40,438 nucleotides of DNA from a virus, in IMG/VR virus record IMGVR_UViG_3300045988_112257, positions 1 to 40,438 of that record. One strand, given 5' to 3'. Positions 8,474 to 17,874 of this stretch are shown here, piece by piece. The position numbers were made by a program, and so were the translations under genes. Positions within the stretch are counted from its first letter, which is position 1. Each line of letters opens with the position of its first letter. The notes beneath the pieces were generated by a model. That model did not search any database and was not told the DNA's origin. It saw only the letters and a program-made list of their open reading frames with translations.

Positions 8474-9826
8474 ATGCAAGCAATAACCGAATATTTGACG
8501 CGCAACGGGTACACGGCGGTTGACGATGCCTATTATGCGCAAATCGCCCTGTGGCAGTCGTGGTATCAGGGCAAGGTGAACAGCTTCCACACTTACACGC
8601 AGTACAACGGACAGCGCAAGGTAACACGGCAACGCAAGACAATGGGAATGGCTAAACGTTTCTGCGAGGATTGGGCGGCATTGCTGCTCAATGAAAAGGT
8701 GCGCATAAGCGTGGGGAACGAAGCGGCGCAGGCGGCAATGGACGAGATACTAAAGCGCAACCGTTTCAGTGTGAGGGCTAACCAGCTTGTGGAGCTGGCG
8801 TTCGCCCTTGGCACGGGCGCATTCGTTGAGTATCTGGACGGCGGCGAGGTAGTGATAGACTATGTGCGCGGGAGCATGGTATACCCGCTGGCATGGGATA
8901 ACGGCATCATTACGGAGTGTGCCTTTGCGTCAGAGCGCAAGCAGGGCGCAGAGAAGTATATATACCTGAATATCCACCGCAAGGATGGGCAAGGGCGATA
9001 CGTTGTCGAAAACAAAATGTTCCGCCGTAACGGCGACACCATAAGCCCCGCCGACCTTCCCGAAGGTGTAGCGGATGAGGTGGTGACGGGTTCAGAGATA
9101 CCGTTCTACCAGATAATCACGCCGAATATCGTCAACAACGCGGATTTATCGTCCCCGATGGGCATATCGGTATACGCCAACGCGATAGACAACCTCCAAA
9201 ACATAGACCTTGTTTTCGATGCGTATGATAACGAGTTCCGGCTCGGTAAAAAGCGTGTGCTTGTCCCGCTTACGCTTACGCAGACCACAATGGCCGACAG
9301 CGGGGTAACAAAGCCCGTTTTTGACGATAATGACGTTGAGTTTTATGTGATTGATACCGGAGAGCAGAATACACAGAAAATTGAGGAAATGAACGGTGCG
9401 CTGCGGTATGACGCTTTTGAGGCAGGCATAAAGACCGCTATAAACCTTGCGGCCTATAAATGCGGCTTTGGCGAAAATCGATACCGCTTTGAGGGCGGCA
9501 CGGCTATGACTGCAACGCAGGTGATATCGCAGGACAGCGACCTTTTCCGCAATCTGAAAAAACACGAGCTTATACTCGATGCGGCCTTGCAGGGGCTTAT
9601 AAGAGCTATCGCGCAGATGGCGGGCATAGGCATAGGCGAAATAACCATAGAATTTGACGATAGTATCATCGAGGACGAGGACAAGGAGCGGCAACGCTTC
9701 ATGCAGGAGATTCGGGAGGGCTTACGGCAGCCGTGGGAATACCGCGTCAAATACTTTGGCGAGGCCGAAGAACAGGCGAAGGCAATGACGGCTATACAGA
9801 CTATCGCGGAAGGGTTTGAGGCATAA
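8474..9826 (+). CDS. Portal protein (SPP1 gp6-like).
   Basis: The N-terminal pattern YAQIALWQSWYQGKV..FH.Y..YNG is characteristic of this portal family. Size is 450 aa. Confidence 0.85.
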   Translation: MQAITEYLTRNGYTAVDDAYYAQIALWQSWYQGKVNSFHTYTQYNGQRKVTRQRKTMGMAKRFCEDWAALLLNEKVRISVGNEAAQAAMDEILKRNRFSVRANQLVELAFALGTGAFVEYLDGGEVVIDYVRGSMVYPLAWDNGIITECAFASERKQGAEKYIYLNIHRKDGQGRYVVENKMFRRNGDTISPADLPEGVADEVVTGSEIPFYQIITPNIVNNADLSSPMGISVYANAIDNLQNIDLVFDAYDNEFRLGKKRVLVPLTLTQTTMADSGVTKPVFDDNDVEFYVIDTGEQNTQKIEEMNGALRYDAFEAGIKTAINLAAYKCGFGENRYRFEGGTAMTATQVISQDSDLFRNLKKHELILDAALQGLIRAIAQMAGIGIGEITIEFDDSIIEDEDKERQRFMQEIREGLRQPWEYRVKYFGEAEEQAKAMTAIQTIAEGFEA

Positions 9827-10938
9827 TGCTTACCCCCGAATACATTGACCGTGCGCCTGATGAGCTTGTGGAGCTGTACCGTCAAGCCGAAGATGATATC
9901 CTGCGGGATATGGCGAAGCGCATAAGCAGCGCTGATTTGTATATATCCTCCACGCAGTGGCAGGAGCGAAAATTACAGGCCATGGGCATGACGCACAAAG
10001 AGATTGTGCGGCGGCTGGCGGCATTAACCCGCAAGAGCAACGCGGAAATAGAGAGCATCATAAGCGATGCAGGAGCGCGGGCGTTAAGCCTTGATGCGGA
10101 CTTTATGCAGACCTATAAGGGCATATCGTCTGCACCGTGGGTAAAAACCCTGATTGCAACAGGTATAACACGCACACAAGGCACATTTAGGAATCTATCC
10201 CTTACCACGGCAAAGACTGCCACAGCGCAGTTTGAGCGGGTTTTAGACCGTGCGTATATGCAGGTAAGCACGGGCGCATTTGCGCAGGATAAGGCTATAT
10301 TGATGGCGGTTAAAGACCTGTGCGCGAGGGGCGTTGAGGCTATCACATACCCCACGGGGCACAGGGATTACATTGATGTAGCCGTGCGGCGGTCGATAAT
10401 CACTGGGCTAAACCAGACGGCGGGCGAGGTGTCCGACAGGTTTGCCCGCGAATATGATTACGACCTTGTGGAGGTGTCTGCCCACGCTGGCGCAAGGCCG
10501 TCCCATGCCGAATGGCAAGGCAAGGTATACAGCCGCAAGGGCAAGACGGAGAAATATGAGGACTTCTATGCCGCCACGGGCTACGGCACGGGGGCGGGGC
10601 TGTGCGGATGGAATTGCCGCCACTCTTTCAGCGCGTATCAGGAGGGACAGGCGCGGGCGTATACCCCCGAAATGCTGGCCAAGTTTGAAGCGAAGGATTA
10701 CAGCTATAACGGCAAGGCCATGACGGAGTATGAGGCCACGCAGAAGCAGAGATACATTGAGCGGCAGATAAGGCGGTATAAGCGTGAAGCAATGGCCACA
10801 AGAGACATAGGGCAGGACGCGGAAGCAGCCGAGGCAAAGGTGTATGAATGGCAGCGGCGGTTAACTGACTTTTGCCGACAAACAGGACTTAAAAAGAGTT
10901 TCCCCCGCGCGGTTGTGCCGGGGTATGGGCGCGATTAA
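9826..10938 (+). CDS. Head morphogenesis protein (SPP1 gp7 / Mu F-like).
   Basis: Motif HAGARPSHAEWQGKVY...GLCGWNCRHSF. The gene follows the portal gene with an ATGA-type overlap. Confidence 0.8.
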   Translation: MLTPEYIDRAPDELVELYRQAEDDILRDMAKRISSADLYISSTQWQERKLQAMGMTHKEIVRRLAALTRKSNAEIESIISDAGARALSLDADFMQTYKGISSAPWVKTLIATGITRTQGTFRNLSLTTAKTATAQFERVLDRAYMQVSTGAFAQDKAILMAVKDLCARGVEAITYPTGHRDYIDVAVRRSIITGLNQTAGEVSDRFAREYDYDLVEVSAHAGARPSHAEWQGKVYSRKGKTEKYEDFYAATGYGTGAGLCGWNCRHSFSAYQEGQARAYTPEMLAKFEAKDYSYNGKAMTEYEATQKQRYIERQIRRYKREAMATRDIGQDAEAAEAKVYEWQRRLTDFCRQTGLKKSFPRAVVPGYGRD

Positions 10939-11060
10939 CACCGCGCTTTTTCTATGCACAAAATCCCGCAAGGGTTTTGGATATATCACGCGCAAGCGGG
11001 CTGACGAGCATTATACGGATTATAGAGCCGACGGGCTGAAAACGGAAAAGGAGAAAAATA

Positions 11061-11609
11061 ATGGCAGAAGAAAACAACCAGAACCAGCAGCAGAACCAGC
11101 AGCAGAACCAGCCGAACGCGGAACAGATAGCTAACAGCATTGTGGCCGCGATAGAGGCAAGGAGCAAGCGGACAGAAAACGGTATAGTGAAAAGCTATGC
11201 GGAGCAGTACGGTATGACAGAAGCCGAAATTACGCAGATCCTTGACAGCGCAAAGAAGCAGAAGGCGGCACAGCCTACACCGGAGCAGCAAGCCGCAATG
11301 GACAAGCGGCTTGAAATGGCAAATGGGCGTTTGATATCTGCCGAGATAAAGGCCGTCGGCGGCAACCTTGGGCTTTTGGACGCGGACGCGGCAAGCGCGT
11401 TAATGGACAAATCCAAAGTAAAGGTTAAAGACGATGGCACAGTAGAGGGCGTGAAGGAAGCCCTTGAAGCACTGAAGAAAAGCAAGCCTTACCTTTTCAA
11501 CGCCGCGCCCCAAAGGACGGGAATGCGGCAGAACGGAACGGAGGGCAAAGAACCCCCGCACGCGGCAGCCAACGCGGCTTTGCGTGCTTTGTTTACGAAA
11601 GGAGAATAA
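11061..11609 (+). CDS. Scaffolding protein.
   Basis: Q/N-rich, helical 182-aa protein immediately upstream of the major capsid gene. Confidence 0.6.
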   Translation: MAEENNQNQQQNQQQNQPNAEQIANSIVAAIEARSKRTENGIVKSYAEQYGMTEAEITQILDSAKKQKAAQPTPEQQAAMDKRLEMANGRLISAEIKAVGGNLGLLDADAASALMDKSKVKVKDDGTVEGVKEALEALKKSKPYLFNAAPQRTGMRQNGTEGKEPPHAAANAALRALFTKGE

Positions 11610-11615
11610 AAACAC

Positions 11616-12791
11616 ATGGCAATAATTGACAGAAGCGCGGCTGAAGCCCTTATACAGGAGCAGATTGTAGCGGAGATTTTTCAGAAGCCCGTAGAGGATT
11701 CGACCTTCCTGCGGCTTGCACGCCGTATGCCTGACATGACTTCCAACCAGACCCGCATAAGGGTACTTGATACCCTGCCCATGGCCTACTGGGTATCGGG
11801 CGACACGGGCTTTAAGCAGACCGCCGAACAGGCGTGGGACAACGTATACATCAATGCTGAGGAGCTGGCGGTTATAGTCCCCATCCCCGAAGCTGTGCTG
11901 GCCGATGCGTCCATAGACATAATGGCGCAGGTAACGCCGCGTGTGCGTGAGCAGTTTGGCCGCGCGGTTGACCTTGCGACCATTTTCGGTATAAATAAGC
12001 CCGCGTCTTGGCGTGCCGACATAATCACCACCGCGCGACAGGCGGGCAACAACGTGACTGGCGGCACTCTGACTTATGATAACCTTCTGGGCGAGGGCGG
12101 CCTCTTTGAGAAGGTCGAAGTCGGCGGCAACGCCATTAACGGCGTAGTTGCTGCCCTTGCCGCTCGCGCCAAACTGCGCGGCATAAAGACCACGGACGGC
12201 CTCCCCATCTTCAAGGCGGATTCCATGCAGGGCGTGACCAACTATGCCCTTGACGGTGCGCCCGTATACTTCCCCACCAACGGCGGCTTTGACCCCTCCG
12301 TTGCGCTTATGATTGCGGGCGATTGGAATCAGGCGGTATACGCTATCCGTCAGGACGTGACCGTCAAGATACTCGACCAGGCAATCATACAAGACCCGTC
12401 CAGCAAGGCTATTGTCTATAACCTTGCACAGCAGGACATGATTGCCCTGCGCGTGGTTTTCCGTATGGGCTGGGCGCTGCCTAATCCCGTATCCGCGATA
12501 GACGCTGGCCGCACCATGTGCCCGTTTGCCTATATCGAGCCTACCACCGCCGTTACCACGCAGAAAGTAACCTTTACCGTTACCGATGGCGCGACCTCAC
12601 CCGCCGCGATAGCTGGCGCGAAGGTTGAGGTTGACGGGGTGCGCAAGATTACCGGAGCAGACGGCAAGGCCGAATTTAATCTGCGCAAGGGAACTTACGC
12701 CTACAAGGTAAGCAAAAAGGACGCGACCACCGTGACCGGCTCCGTGACCGTTGCGGCGGCTGCCGTCAACGAGGCCGTTACCCTGAAATAA
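11616..12791 (+). CDS. Major capsid protein (HK97 fold) with a C-terminal beta-sandwich extension.
   Basis: Capsid-family pattern ...AYWVSGDTGFKQT...NAEELAVIVPIPEAVLADASIDI. The last ~76 aa (12561-12788) look like a CarboxypepD_reg/Ig-like domain. Confidence 0.8.
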   Translation: MAIIDRSAAEALIQEQIVAEIFQKPVEDSTFLRLARRMPDMTSNQTRIRVLDTLPMAYWVSGDTGFKQTAEQAWDNVYINAEELAVIVPIPEAVLADASIDIMAQVTPRVREQFGRAVDLATIFGINKPASWRADIITTARQAGNNVTGGTLTYDNLLGEGGLFEKVEVGGNAINGVVAALAARAKLRGIKTTDGLPIFKADSMQGVTNYALDGAPVYFPTNGGFDPSVALMIAGDWNQAVYAIRQDVTVKILDQAIIQDPSSKAIVYNLAQQDMIALRVVFRMGWALPNPVSAIDAGRTMCPFAYIEPTTAVTTQKVTFTVTDGATSPAAIAGAKVEVDGVRKITGADGKAEFNLRKGTYAYKVSKKDATTVTGSVTVAAAAVNEAVTLK

Positions 12792-12839
12792 TCTGTGAAT
12801 GCGGCGGGGCAAAACCCCCGCCGAGTTAAGGAGGCAAGA

Positions 12840-13238
12840 ATGTGCCCGAATATGTATTTGAGCCTACAAGAGTATATCCGCTTTGGCGGCGATATATCTA
12901 TACACGCGGAAGAATACAGCCGCCTTGAATACGCCGCCCGCAGAAGGATTGACTTATACACCTTCGGGCGCGTAAAGCATATGCGGGAAGTGCCCGAGGC
13001 CGTGAAGCGGCTCATGTTTGAGATGATACACCCGCAAGCCCTGAGCGCAACCGCCGCAAACAGCACCGCGCCCGTTGCGTCTTTCAGCACGGACGGATAT
13101 AGCGAAACCTATGTAAACACGCATACCTCCGAATATCTCAGGTATAGCGGTCAGAAAGAGAAAGCGCTCATATACGAGTATTTGGCGGGTGTGACCGATG
13201 ATAACGGCGTTGCCCTGCTATATAGCGGAGGTGCGTGA
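12840..13238 (+). CDS. Head-tail connector/adaptor protein. The assignment is positional.
   Basis: ATG at 12840 follows taaggagg. It is the first gene after the capsid gene. Confidence 0.4.
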   Translation: MCPNMYLSLQEYIRFGGDISIHAEEYSRLEYAARRRIDLYTFGRVKHMREVPEAVKRLMFEMIHPQALSATAANSTAPVASFSTDGYSETYVNTHTSEYLRYSGQKEKALIYEYLAGVTDDNGVALLYSGGA

Positions 13239-13239
13239 A

Positions 13240-13590
13240 ATGCAGCTGTGCAATGATACCGCAAGCCTTTTCAATAAGCTGCCTGATGGTCAGCGCGGGT
13301 ACACATGGCGAAAGACCCTGCTACGGGGCGTATCATGGTACGCCAAGGACATATCCAGCGTGACCAATGACGGCTTACAGACCGCGCGGCAATTCATAGT
13401 CCGCATACCCGATACAACGGGCTACGGGGACAAATGGACGCTGCACACGGGTGATTACATGGTAAAGGGGGACGTGGAATACACCCCCGCAATGGCCGAG
13501 GAATATGCGCCCGATGTTATGACCGTGACCGCCGTTATTGATAATCGCCGCGCCCCGAATGCCCCGCATATAAAGGTGCTTGGCGCATGA
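13240..13590 (+). CDS. Head closure / head-tail joining protein. The assignment is positional.
   Basis: ATG at 13240 follows ggagg and lies 1 nt after the upstream stop. Confidence 0.4.
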   Translation: MQLCNDTASLFNKLPDGQRGYTWRKTLLRGVSWYAKDISSVTNDGLQTARQFIVRIPDTTGYGDKWTLHTGDYMVKGDVEYTPAMAEEYAPDVMTVTAVIDNRRAPNAPHIKVLGA

Positions 13591-14027
13591 TTATAAAGGC
13601 TGAATTTAAGTGGAACAAAAGCGTTGAACAGCTTTTGCGCGACCGTAACCTTGAAAGCGGCGGCAAGGTACAGGCGGCGATTGATAATGCCGTTTTACGG
13701 TACATAGACCCCTATGTGCCAATGGAAACGGGCGTTTTCAAGAACAAGGCGCGGCAGGATTCAAGCCCCGGCAAAATCGTGTATAATGACCCACGGGCGC
13801 GGTACTTGTACTACGGCGAGGTATACGGCCCCAATATCCCGCGATTTGAGGGCGGGGAGCTTGTGGGCTTTTTCTCACCCAAGGGACAGCCGAAGCACCC
13901 GACAGGGCGCGAGCTGCACTATCGCGGAGAACCGATGCGCGGGGCGTTTTGGTTTGAGCGCATGAAGGCCGACCACGGCAAGGATATTTTGAAGGAGGCG
14001 CAGGATGCCGCAAATAAACAATATTAG
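13587..14027 (+). CDS. Head-tail joining protein (HK97 gp10-like/minor capsid-like).
   Basis: ATGA overlap with the upstream gene. Motif YIDPYVPMETG. Confidence 0.4.
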   Translation: MIIKAEFKWNKSVEQLLRDRNLESGGKVQAAIDNAVLRYIDPYVPMETGVFKNKARQDSSPGKIVYNDPRARYLYYGEVYGPNIPRFEGGELVGFFSPKGQPKHPTGRELHYRGEPMRGAFWFERMKADHGKDILKEAQDAANKQY

Positions 14028-14442
14028 TCAGTTGCGGAGCTGGCTTTTCGGTTGCCCCGCCATACCTCAAAACGCGGCCATATCCATTGATTACATGGAC
14101 GGAAGCGCGGCTGAGTACGCGATATATTCTGTGCCATCAAGTATAAGATATCGCGAGAACGTCCTTGGCGAATATGTACCCGATGATATACAGTCCGTGG
14201 ACTATATCCTATGCTCAAGCGAGAATTACGGCGCGGACATAGAGCGGAACGCGGATAACCTTGGGATATATCAGAAAATTGTGAGCTGGATTATAGCGCA
14301 GAACGCGGCGCGCAAATTTCCTAAATGGGCGGACGGGACTATACAAAGCCTTGTCCCGACACTAACGGCAAACCCGACACAGGCGGGCGCGAATGTTGCC
14401 CGCTATCAGATAAACATTAAAGTCACTTACAGGAGGCTATAA
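14005..14442 (+). CDS. Tail completion/terminator protein. The assignment is positional.
   Basis: ORF between the connector genes and the major tail gene. Confidence 0.35.
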   Translation: MPQINNISQLRSWLFGCPAIPQNAAISIDYMDGSAAEYAIYSVPSSIRYRENVLGEYVPDDIQSVDYILCSSENYGADIERNADNLGIYQKIVSWIIAQNAARKFPKWADGTIQSLVPTLTANPTQAGANVARYQINIKVTYRRL

Positions 14443-14970
14443 ATGGCAAAGAAACCCAGAAAAGCATTTTTACAGGCCGTAGCATACAGCACGGACGCAA
14501 CCGTTTCCGTAGAGAAACTTTCGGCGGCGCAGTGGAGCGTGCTCGGCCACGATACGGACGATTTGTCCCATGAGATGAACCCCGACACAAGCACCAGCAA
14601 GAATGTCCTCGGCGAATCGCGCTTTGTGCATAACGGCTATGAACCGGAAGTATCCGTTGACACCTTCTACGCCGATGCGGATGAGGCTATCTATGAAACT
14701 CTGGTCAAGAACGCCATGACCGAGGATTTCAGCGAGGCAAACAACACGGGTTATTACGCCAAGTGCGAACTCAACACCTTCACCGAAGGAACCACCACGG
14801 CCACGGGCACGGCATATGTACAGCGTTGCTGGATAATCCCGCAGTCCATGGGCGGCGATACTTCCGGCTTCCAGATACCCTTCAATGTCAACCCGTTCGG
14901 CGCGGTGCAAAAGTTTAATGTGTCCTATAACTGGACTACCTACGCCGTGACATTCACAGCGGCTTCATAA
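14443..14970 (+). CDS. Major tail protein. The assignment is positional.
   Basis: 175-aa ORF that begins directly after the upstream stop. Its position is typical for a siphovirus tail tube gene. Confidence 0.5.
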   Translation: MAKKPRKAFLQAVAYSTDATVSVEKLSAAQWSVLGHDTDDLSHEMNPDTSTSKNVLGESRFVHNGYEPEVSVDTFYADADEAIYETLVKNAMTEDFSEANNTGYYAKCELNTFTEGTTTATGTAYVQRCWIIPQSMGGDTSGFQIPFNVNPFGAVQKFNVSYNWTTYAVTFTAAS

Positions 14971-15026
14971 GGCGTTGCAACGGGGCTGTACGGCGTTTAT
15001 CCTCCCGCCATGGTATAAAACCCCGC

Positions 15027-15056
15027 TTGACAACATACCCCCGCAGGGGCGATAAT
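15027..15056 (+). promoter_or_regulatory. Sigma-70-type promoter in front of the zinc-ribbon cassette.
   Basis: TTGACA (15027-15032), an 18-nt spacer, then GATAAT (15051-15056). An inverted repeat cccccgcag/ctgcggggg (15038-15046 and 15070-15078) brackets the -10 element. Confidence 0.55.
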
Positions 15057-15087
15057 TAGGCCATCAAATCTGCGGGGGTATCAAACC

Positions 15088-15615
15088 ATGAAGTGTAAAA
15101 AATGCGGCACGGAATTTGAGGGTAAGTTTTGCCCAAACTGTGGCACAAAGCAGAAACGCAAACACCCTGTATTGCTCGTCGTGCTGGGAATTATTGTAGG
15201 ACTTATTATTATAGGCTCGATAGGCAACGCGATTGGTGGAGACGGCGAGGCCATAACCACGCCGGATCCGACGCAAAGCCCAATACAGCCCACAAAGGAA
15301 CCAATACCAGAACATACTGCGGAGCCTACGCCCGAACCCACGGAAGAACCGACACCAGAACCAACACCGGAACCCACGCCCAACAAACTTACAATGGATA
15401 AGTTTAAGGCATTGGAAACCGGAATGACGTATGAACAAGTGGTCGCCGTGCTTGGTATGGAGGGCGAACTTGGCAGCGTTGTGGACATTGGAGAAGCGCA
15501 ATTCAGAACCGAAACATACACATTCCAAAACAGCTTTTTGGACGGTGGCGGGAATATTATAGTACAGATTCAGGGCGGCGGCCTTGTGACAAAGGCGCAG
15601 TACGGGCTTGACTGA
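15088..15615 (+). CDS. Zinc-ribbon / single-TM / Pro-rich linker / small extracellular domain protein.
   Basis: MKCKKCGTEFEGKFCPNCG is followed by the hydrophobic helix VLLVVLGIIVGLIIIGSIG, then EPTPEPTEEPTPEPTPEPTP, then a KFKALETGMTYEQVVAVLG-type domain. Confidence 0.7.
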   Translation: MKCKKCGTEFEGKFCPNCGTKQKRKHPVLLVVLGIIVGLIIIGSIGNAIGGDGEAITTPDPTQSPIQPTKEPIPEHTAEPTPEPTEEPTPEPTPEPTPNKLTMDKFKALETGMTYEQVVAVLGMEGELGSVVDIGEAQFRTETYTFQNSFLDGGGNIIVQIQGGGLVTKAQYGLD

Positions 15616-15636
15616 TATTTGATTGGGAGGATACAA

Positions 15637-16239
15637 ATGAAGTGCAAAAAGTGCGGTGCCGAGGTTAAGGGCAACTATTGCCCGAATTGCGGGGCGAAGG
15701 TTGAAAAGTCGAATGCAAAGACGGTGATTATAATTGTTGCGGCGGTATGCGCAATAATATTGATACGGGCTTGCATGTCGGATATTGTAATTGCAGACCT
15801 TAACGAGCCTGATAAAACACCGTTGCCGTTGACCACGGCTGAACCGACTGCCGAGCCCCATATATATGTATTGGAGACAAGCGCAATCAAGGTGCAATAT
15901 GTGTCGCATGAGCTTGTAACCAATTACGATAACGAGACGCTCCTATTGGTCAAATTTGAATATACAAACAAGGCCAAAGACCCGAAATCGTTTGGCTGGG
16001 CAACAACTATTAAGGCATACCAAGACGGCGTTGAAATTGAGAGTAGCCCCGTGTCGTGGCTTAAAAGCGAAACACCAGTAGAGTATCAAAACCGATGGTT
16101 GGAAGTGCAACAGGGCACAACAATAACAGCCGCTGAAACATTTAAGCTGAGGAACATGGAATCCCCTGTGGATATAACGGTAATGGAATGGCCAGGCATA
16201 GGGAGCGAAAAAACGGAATTGACGTTAGATATTAAGTGA
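15637..16239 (+). CDS. Zinc-ribbon / single-TM / extracellular beta-domain protein. Its N-terminus is paralogous to 15088.
   Basis: MKCKKCGAEVKGNYCPNCG, then the TM segment VIIIVAAVCAIILI. ATG at 15637 follows gggagg. Confidence 0.7.
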   Translation: MKCKKCGAEVKGNYCPNCGAKVEKSNAKTVIIIVAAVCAIILIRACMSDIVIADLNEPDKTPLPLTTAEPTAEPHIYVLETSAIKVQYVSHELVTNYDNETLLLVKFEYTNKAKDPKSFGWATTIKAYQDGVEIESSPVSWLKSETPVEYQNRWLEVQQGTTITAAETFKLRNMESPVDITVMEWPGIGSEKTELTLDIK

Positions 16240-16254
16240 TTGGGGGATTAAGCC

Positions 16255-16869
16255 GTGAGAATAGTTGAATTGAAGTGCCCAAATTGCAATGGCGACATTA
16301 CAATAAACACGGATAGAAACTCTGCTTTCTGCCCATACTGCGGAACACGGCTAAAGGTTGAGGAGGCGCAGCAAATCCCCGATACAATTAAGGTTAACCG
16401 TGAATGGGAAGCTAATAACTACGTTCTTCGGGCACAGGAATATGAGTGTGTTGGGGATATAGATAACGCGGAAATTTACTATAACCGTGCGCTTGACGCT
16501 GACGTTAATAATGCGAGGGCGCGCGACGGCTATAATCGTATGCAACGAATTATAACCGAGCACAACGTATCAATACAGTATATCCAATCGAGTTCCGATC
16601 CGCTTGTAAGGCTGATTGTCAAAGAGGCGGGGCAGACCTTGTGCAAGATAAGACGCGGCGAAGGGATTAATCTTTTGCTGCCTATCGGCGAACACCCGCT
16701 TTTGTTTTATCAGGGTGGCAGCCCTAAAGCATATGTACGGGTAACAATTAGGAGCCGCCACGACAGAGCCAAGATATACACACAGACGGGTATGTTATGG
16801 AATAAGACTTCTGCGGAAGGTACGGCCGAAGTAATGGCTAAAAAAGCAATGTATAAGATAAGAAATTAA
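16255..16869 (+). CDS. Zinc-ribbon protein with a TPR-like segment.
   Basis: GTG start. Motif CPNCNG...CPYCG, then YYNRALDADVNNARA. Confidence 0.55.
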   Translation: MRIVELKCPNCNGDITINTDRNSAFCPYCGTRLKVEEAQQIPDTIKVNREWEANNYVLRAQEYECVGDIDNAEIYYNRALDADVNNARARDGYNRMQRIITEHNVSIQYIQSSSDPLVRLIVKEAGQTLCKIRRGEGINLLLPIGEHPLLFYQGGSPKAYVRVTIRSRHDRAKIYTQTGMLWNKTSAEGTAEVMAKKAMYKIRN

Positions 16870-16878
16870 GGAGATAAC

Positions 16879-17307
16879 ATGGCAACACTATCTTTTGAAA
16901 CTGGCATAAAAACATTTGACATAAACGGCGACCCGAACAGGGTCGTTTCTTTTAACCCTTCCGACCTTAATTTCATCCATCGTCTGTACGATGGATACAT
17001 GAAACTTGATGCTTTGCAGCGCAAGTATAGCCTGCAAGCCGATAAGGCGCCGGAAGCAACCAAAATGATGGCCATAGCGCATGAGGCAGACCTTGAAATA
17101 CGGAAGATTGTAGATGGTATTTTTGCCGCGCCCGTATCTGAAATAGTCTTTGAGGGGCAAGCCACAAACGCTATTACGGGTGACGGTTGCCCGCTGTGGC
17201 TTGGCTTTCTGGTTGCAATAATGGCAAACTGTGACGAAACCGTAACGGAGCGCGAGAACGCGAAAAATCCTAAGCTGGAAGCCCTCATTGCCAAATACAA
17301 TAAATGA
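16879..17307 (+). CDS. Tail assembly chaperone.
   Basis: Acidic 142-aa ORF two genes upstream of the tape measure gene. Confidence 0.55.
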   Translation: MATLSFETGIKTFDINGDPNRVVSFNPSDLNFIHRLYDGYMKLDALQRKYSLQADKAPEATKMMAIAHEADLEIRKIVDGIFAAPVSEIVFEGQATNAITGDGCPLWLGFLVAIMANCDETVTERENAKNPKLEALIAKYNK

Positions 17308-17867
17308 ACTACACACTCCCAACAAGCGTAAACATTGACGGGGTTGAACACCCCATACGTTCAGATTATCGTGTTATATTGGATATTATATCTGCTCTGA
17401 ATGACGATGATTTTACCGAAAGAGAAAAGGCCGTAGCTATGATGCGGCTTTTTTTTGTTGATGCTTACGCTGTAACGGATTGGGCGAAAGGACTTGAAGC
17501 GGCTGCAAGATTTATAGCGTGCGGGAGGGATGAGGGCAGCACAAAACGCCCGCGTGTTATAGATTGGGATAAGGATTTTCCGTATATGGTATCAGCTATA
17601 AACAAGGTTGCGGGGCGGGAAATACGCGCCGACGAATATTGCCATTGGTGGACGTTTATAGGGTACTTTGACGCGATAGACGGGGAAAGCACGTTTGCAA
17701 ATATTGTCAACATACGCCATAAAAAGGCTAAAGGGAAAAAACTTGAAAAATGGGAGCAGGAATTTTACAACGCGAACCGTGACCTGTGCGACATAAAGAA
17801 CAAGCAACACGGGACGAGCAAGGAGAGCTTTGCGGCGTTGTGTGAATCATTGGCGGCAGAGGAGTAA
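17304..17867 (+). CDS. Phage Gp15-family tail assembly protein.
   Basis: The N-terminus YTLPTSVNIDGVEHPIRSDYRVILDI is typical of the Gp15 family. ATGA overlap with the upstream gene, directly upstream of the tape measure gene. Confidence 0.6.
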   Translation: MNYTLPTSVNIDGVEHPIRSDYRVILDIISALNDDDFTEREKAVAMMRLFFVDAYAVTDWAKGLEAAARFIACGRDEGSTKRPRVIDWDKDFPYMVSAINKVAGREIRADEYCHWWTFIGYFDAIDGESTFANIVNIRHKKAKGKKLEKWEQEFYNANRDLCDIKNKQHGTSKESFAALCESLAAEE

Positions 17868-17874
17868 ATAAAAA

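Noticed and set aside
11075-11115. Short tandem DNA repeats, considered as possible CRISPR-like or regulatory repeats. These are the cagcagaaccag units here and the EPTP-coding repeats at about 15330-15390.
   Set aside because: They are in-frame low-complexity coding repeats: a Q/N-rich scaffold N-terminus and a Pro-rich linker. They have no spacer structure.
11400-12392. 330-aa minus-strand ORF. Similar long antisense ORFs occur at 15064..15909, 19126..19878, 23194..23976, 24723..25634, 25775..26476, 35462..36172 and 36538..37107.
   Set aside because: Each lies antisense to a well-supported, motif-bearing plus-strand gene (capsid, tape measure, fibre, endolysin and others). They have Arg/Cys/His-rich compositions typical of shadow frames in GC-rich coding DNA, and they lack RBSs.
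12802-12823. Hairpin gcggcgggg-caaaa-ccccgccg after the capsid gene, considered as a terminator.
   Set aside because: No U-run follows it, and the next RBS begins immediately. It is more likely an RNA-stability or attenuating element than a full terminator, so it is not listed as a feature.
16879-17867. Expected -1 programmed frameshift (G/GT) in the tail chaperone genes.
   Set aside because: The two ORFs are separate and joined by an ATGA stop/start overlap. No slippery heptamer was recognised near the 3' end of 16879..17307.
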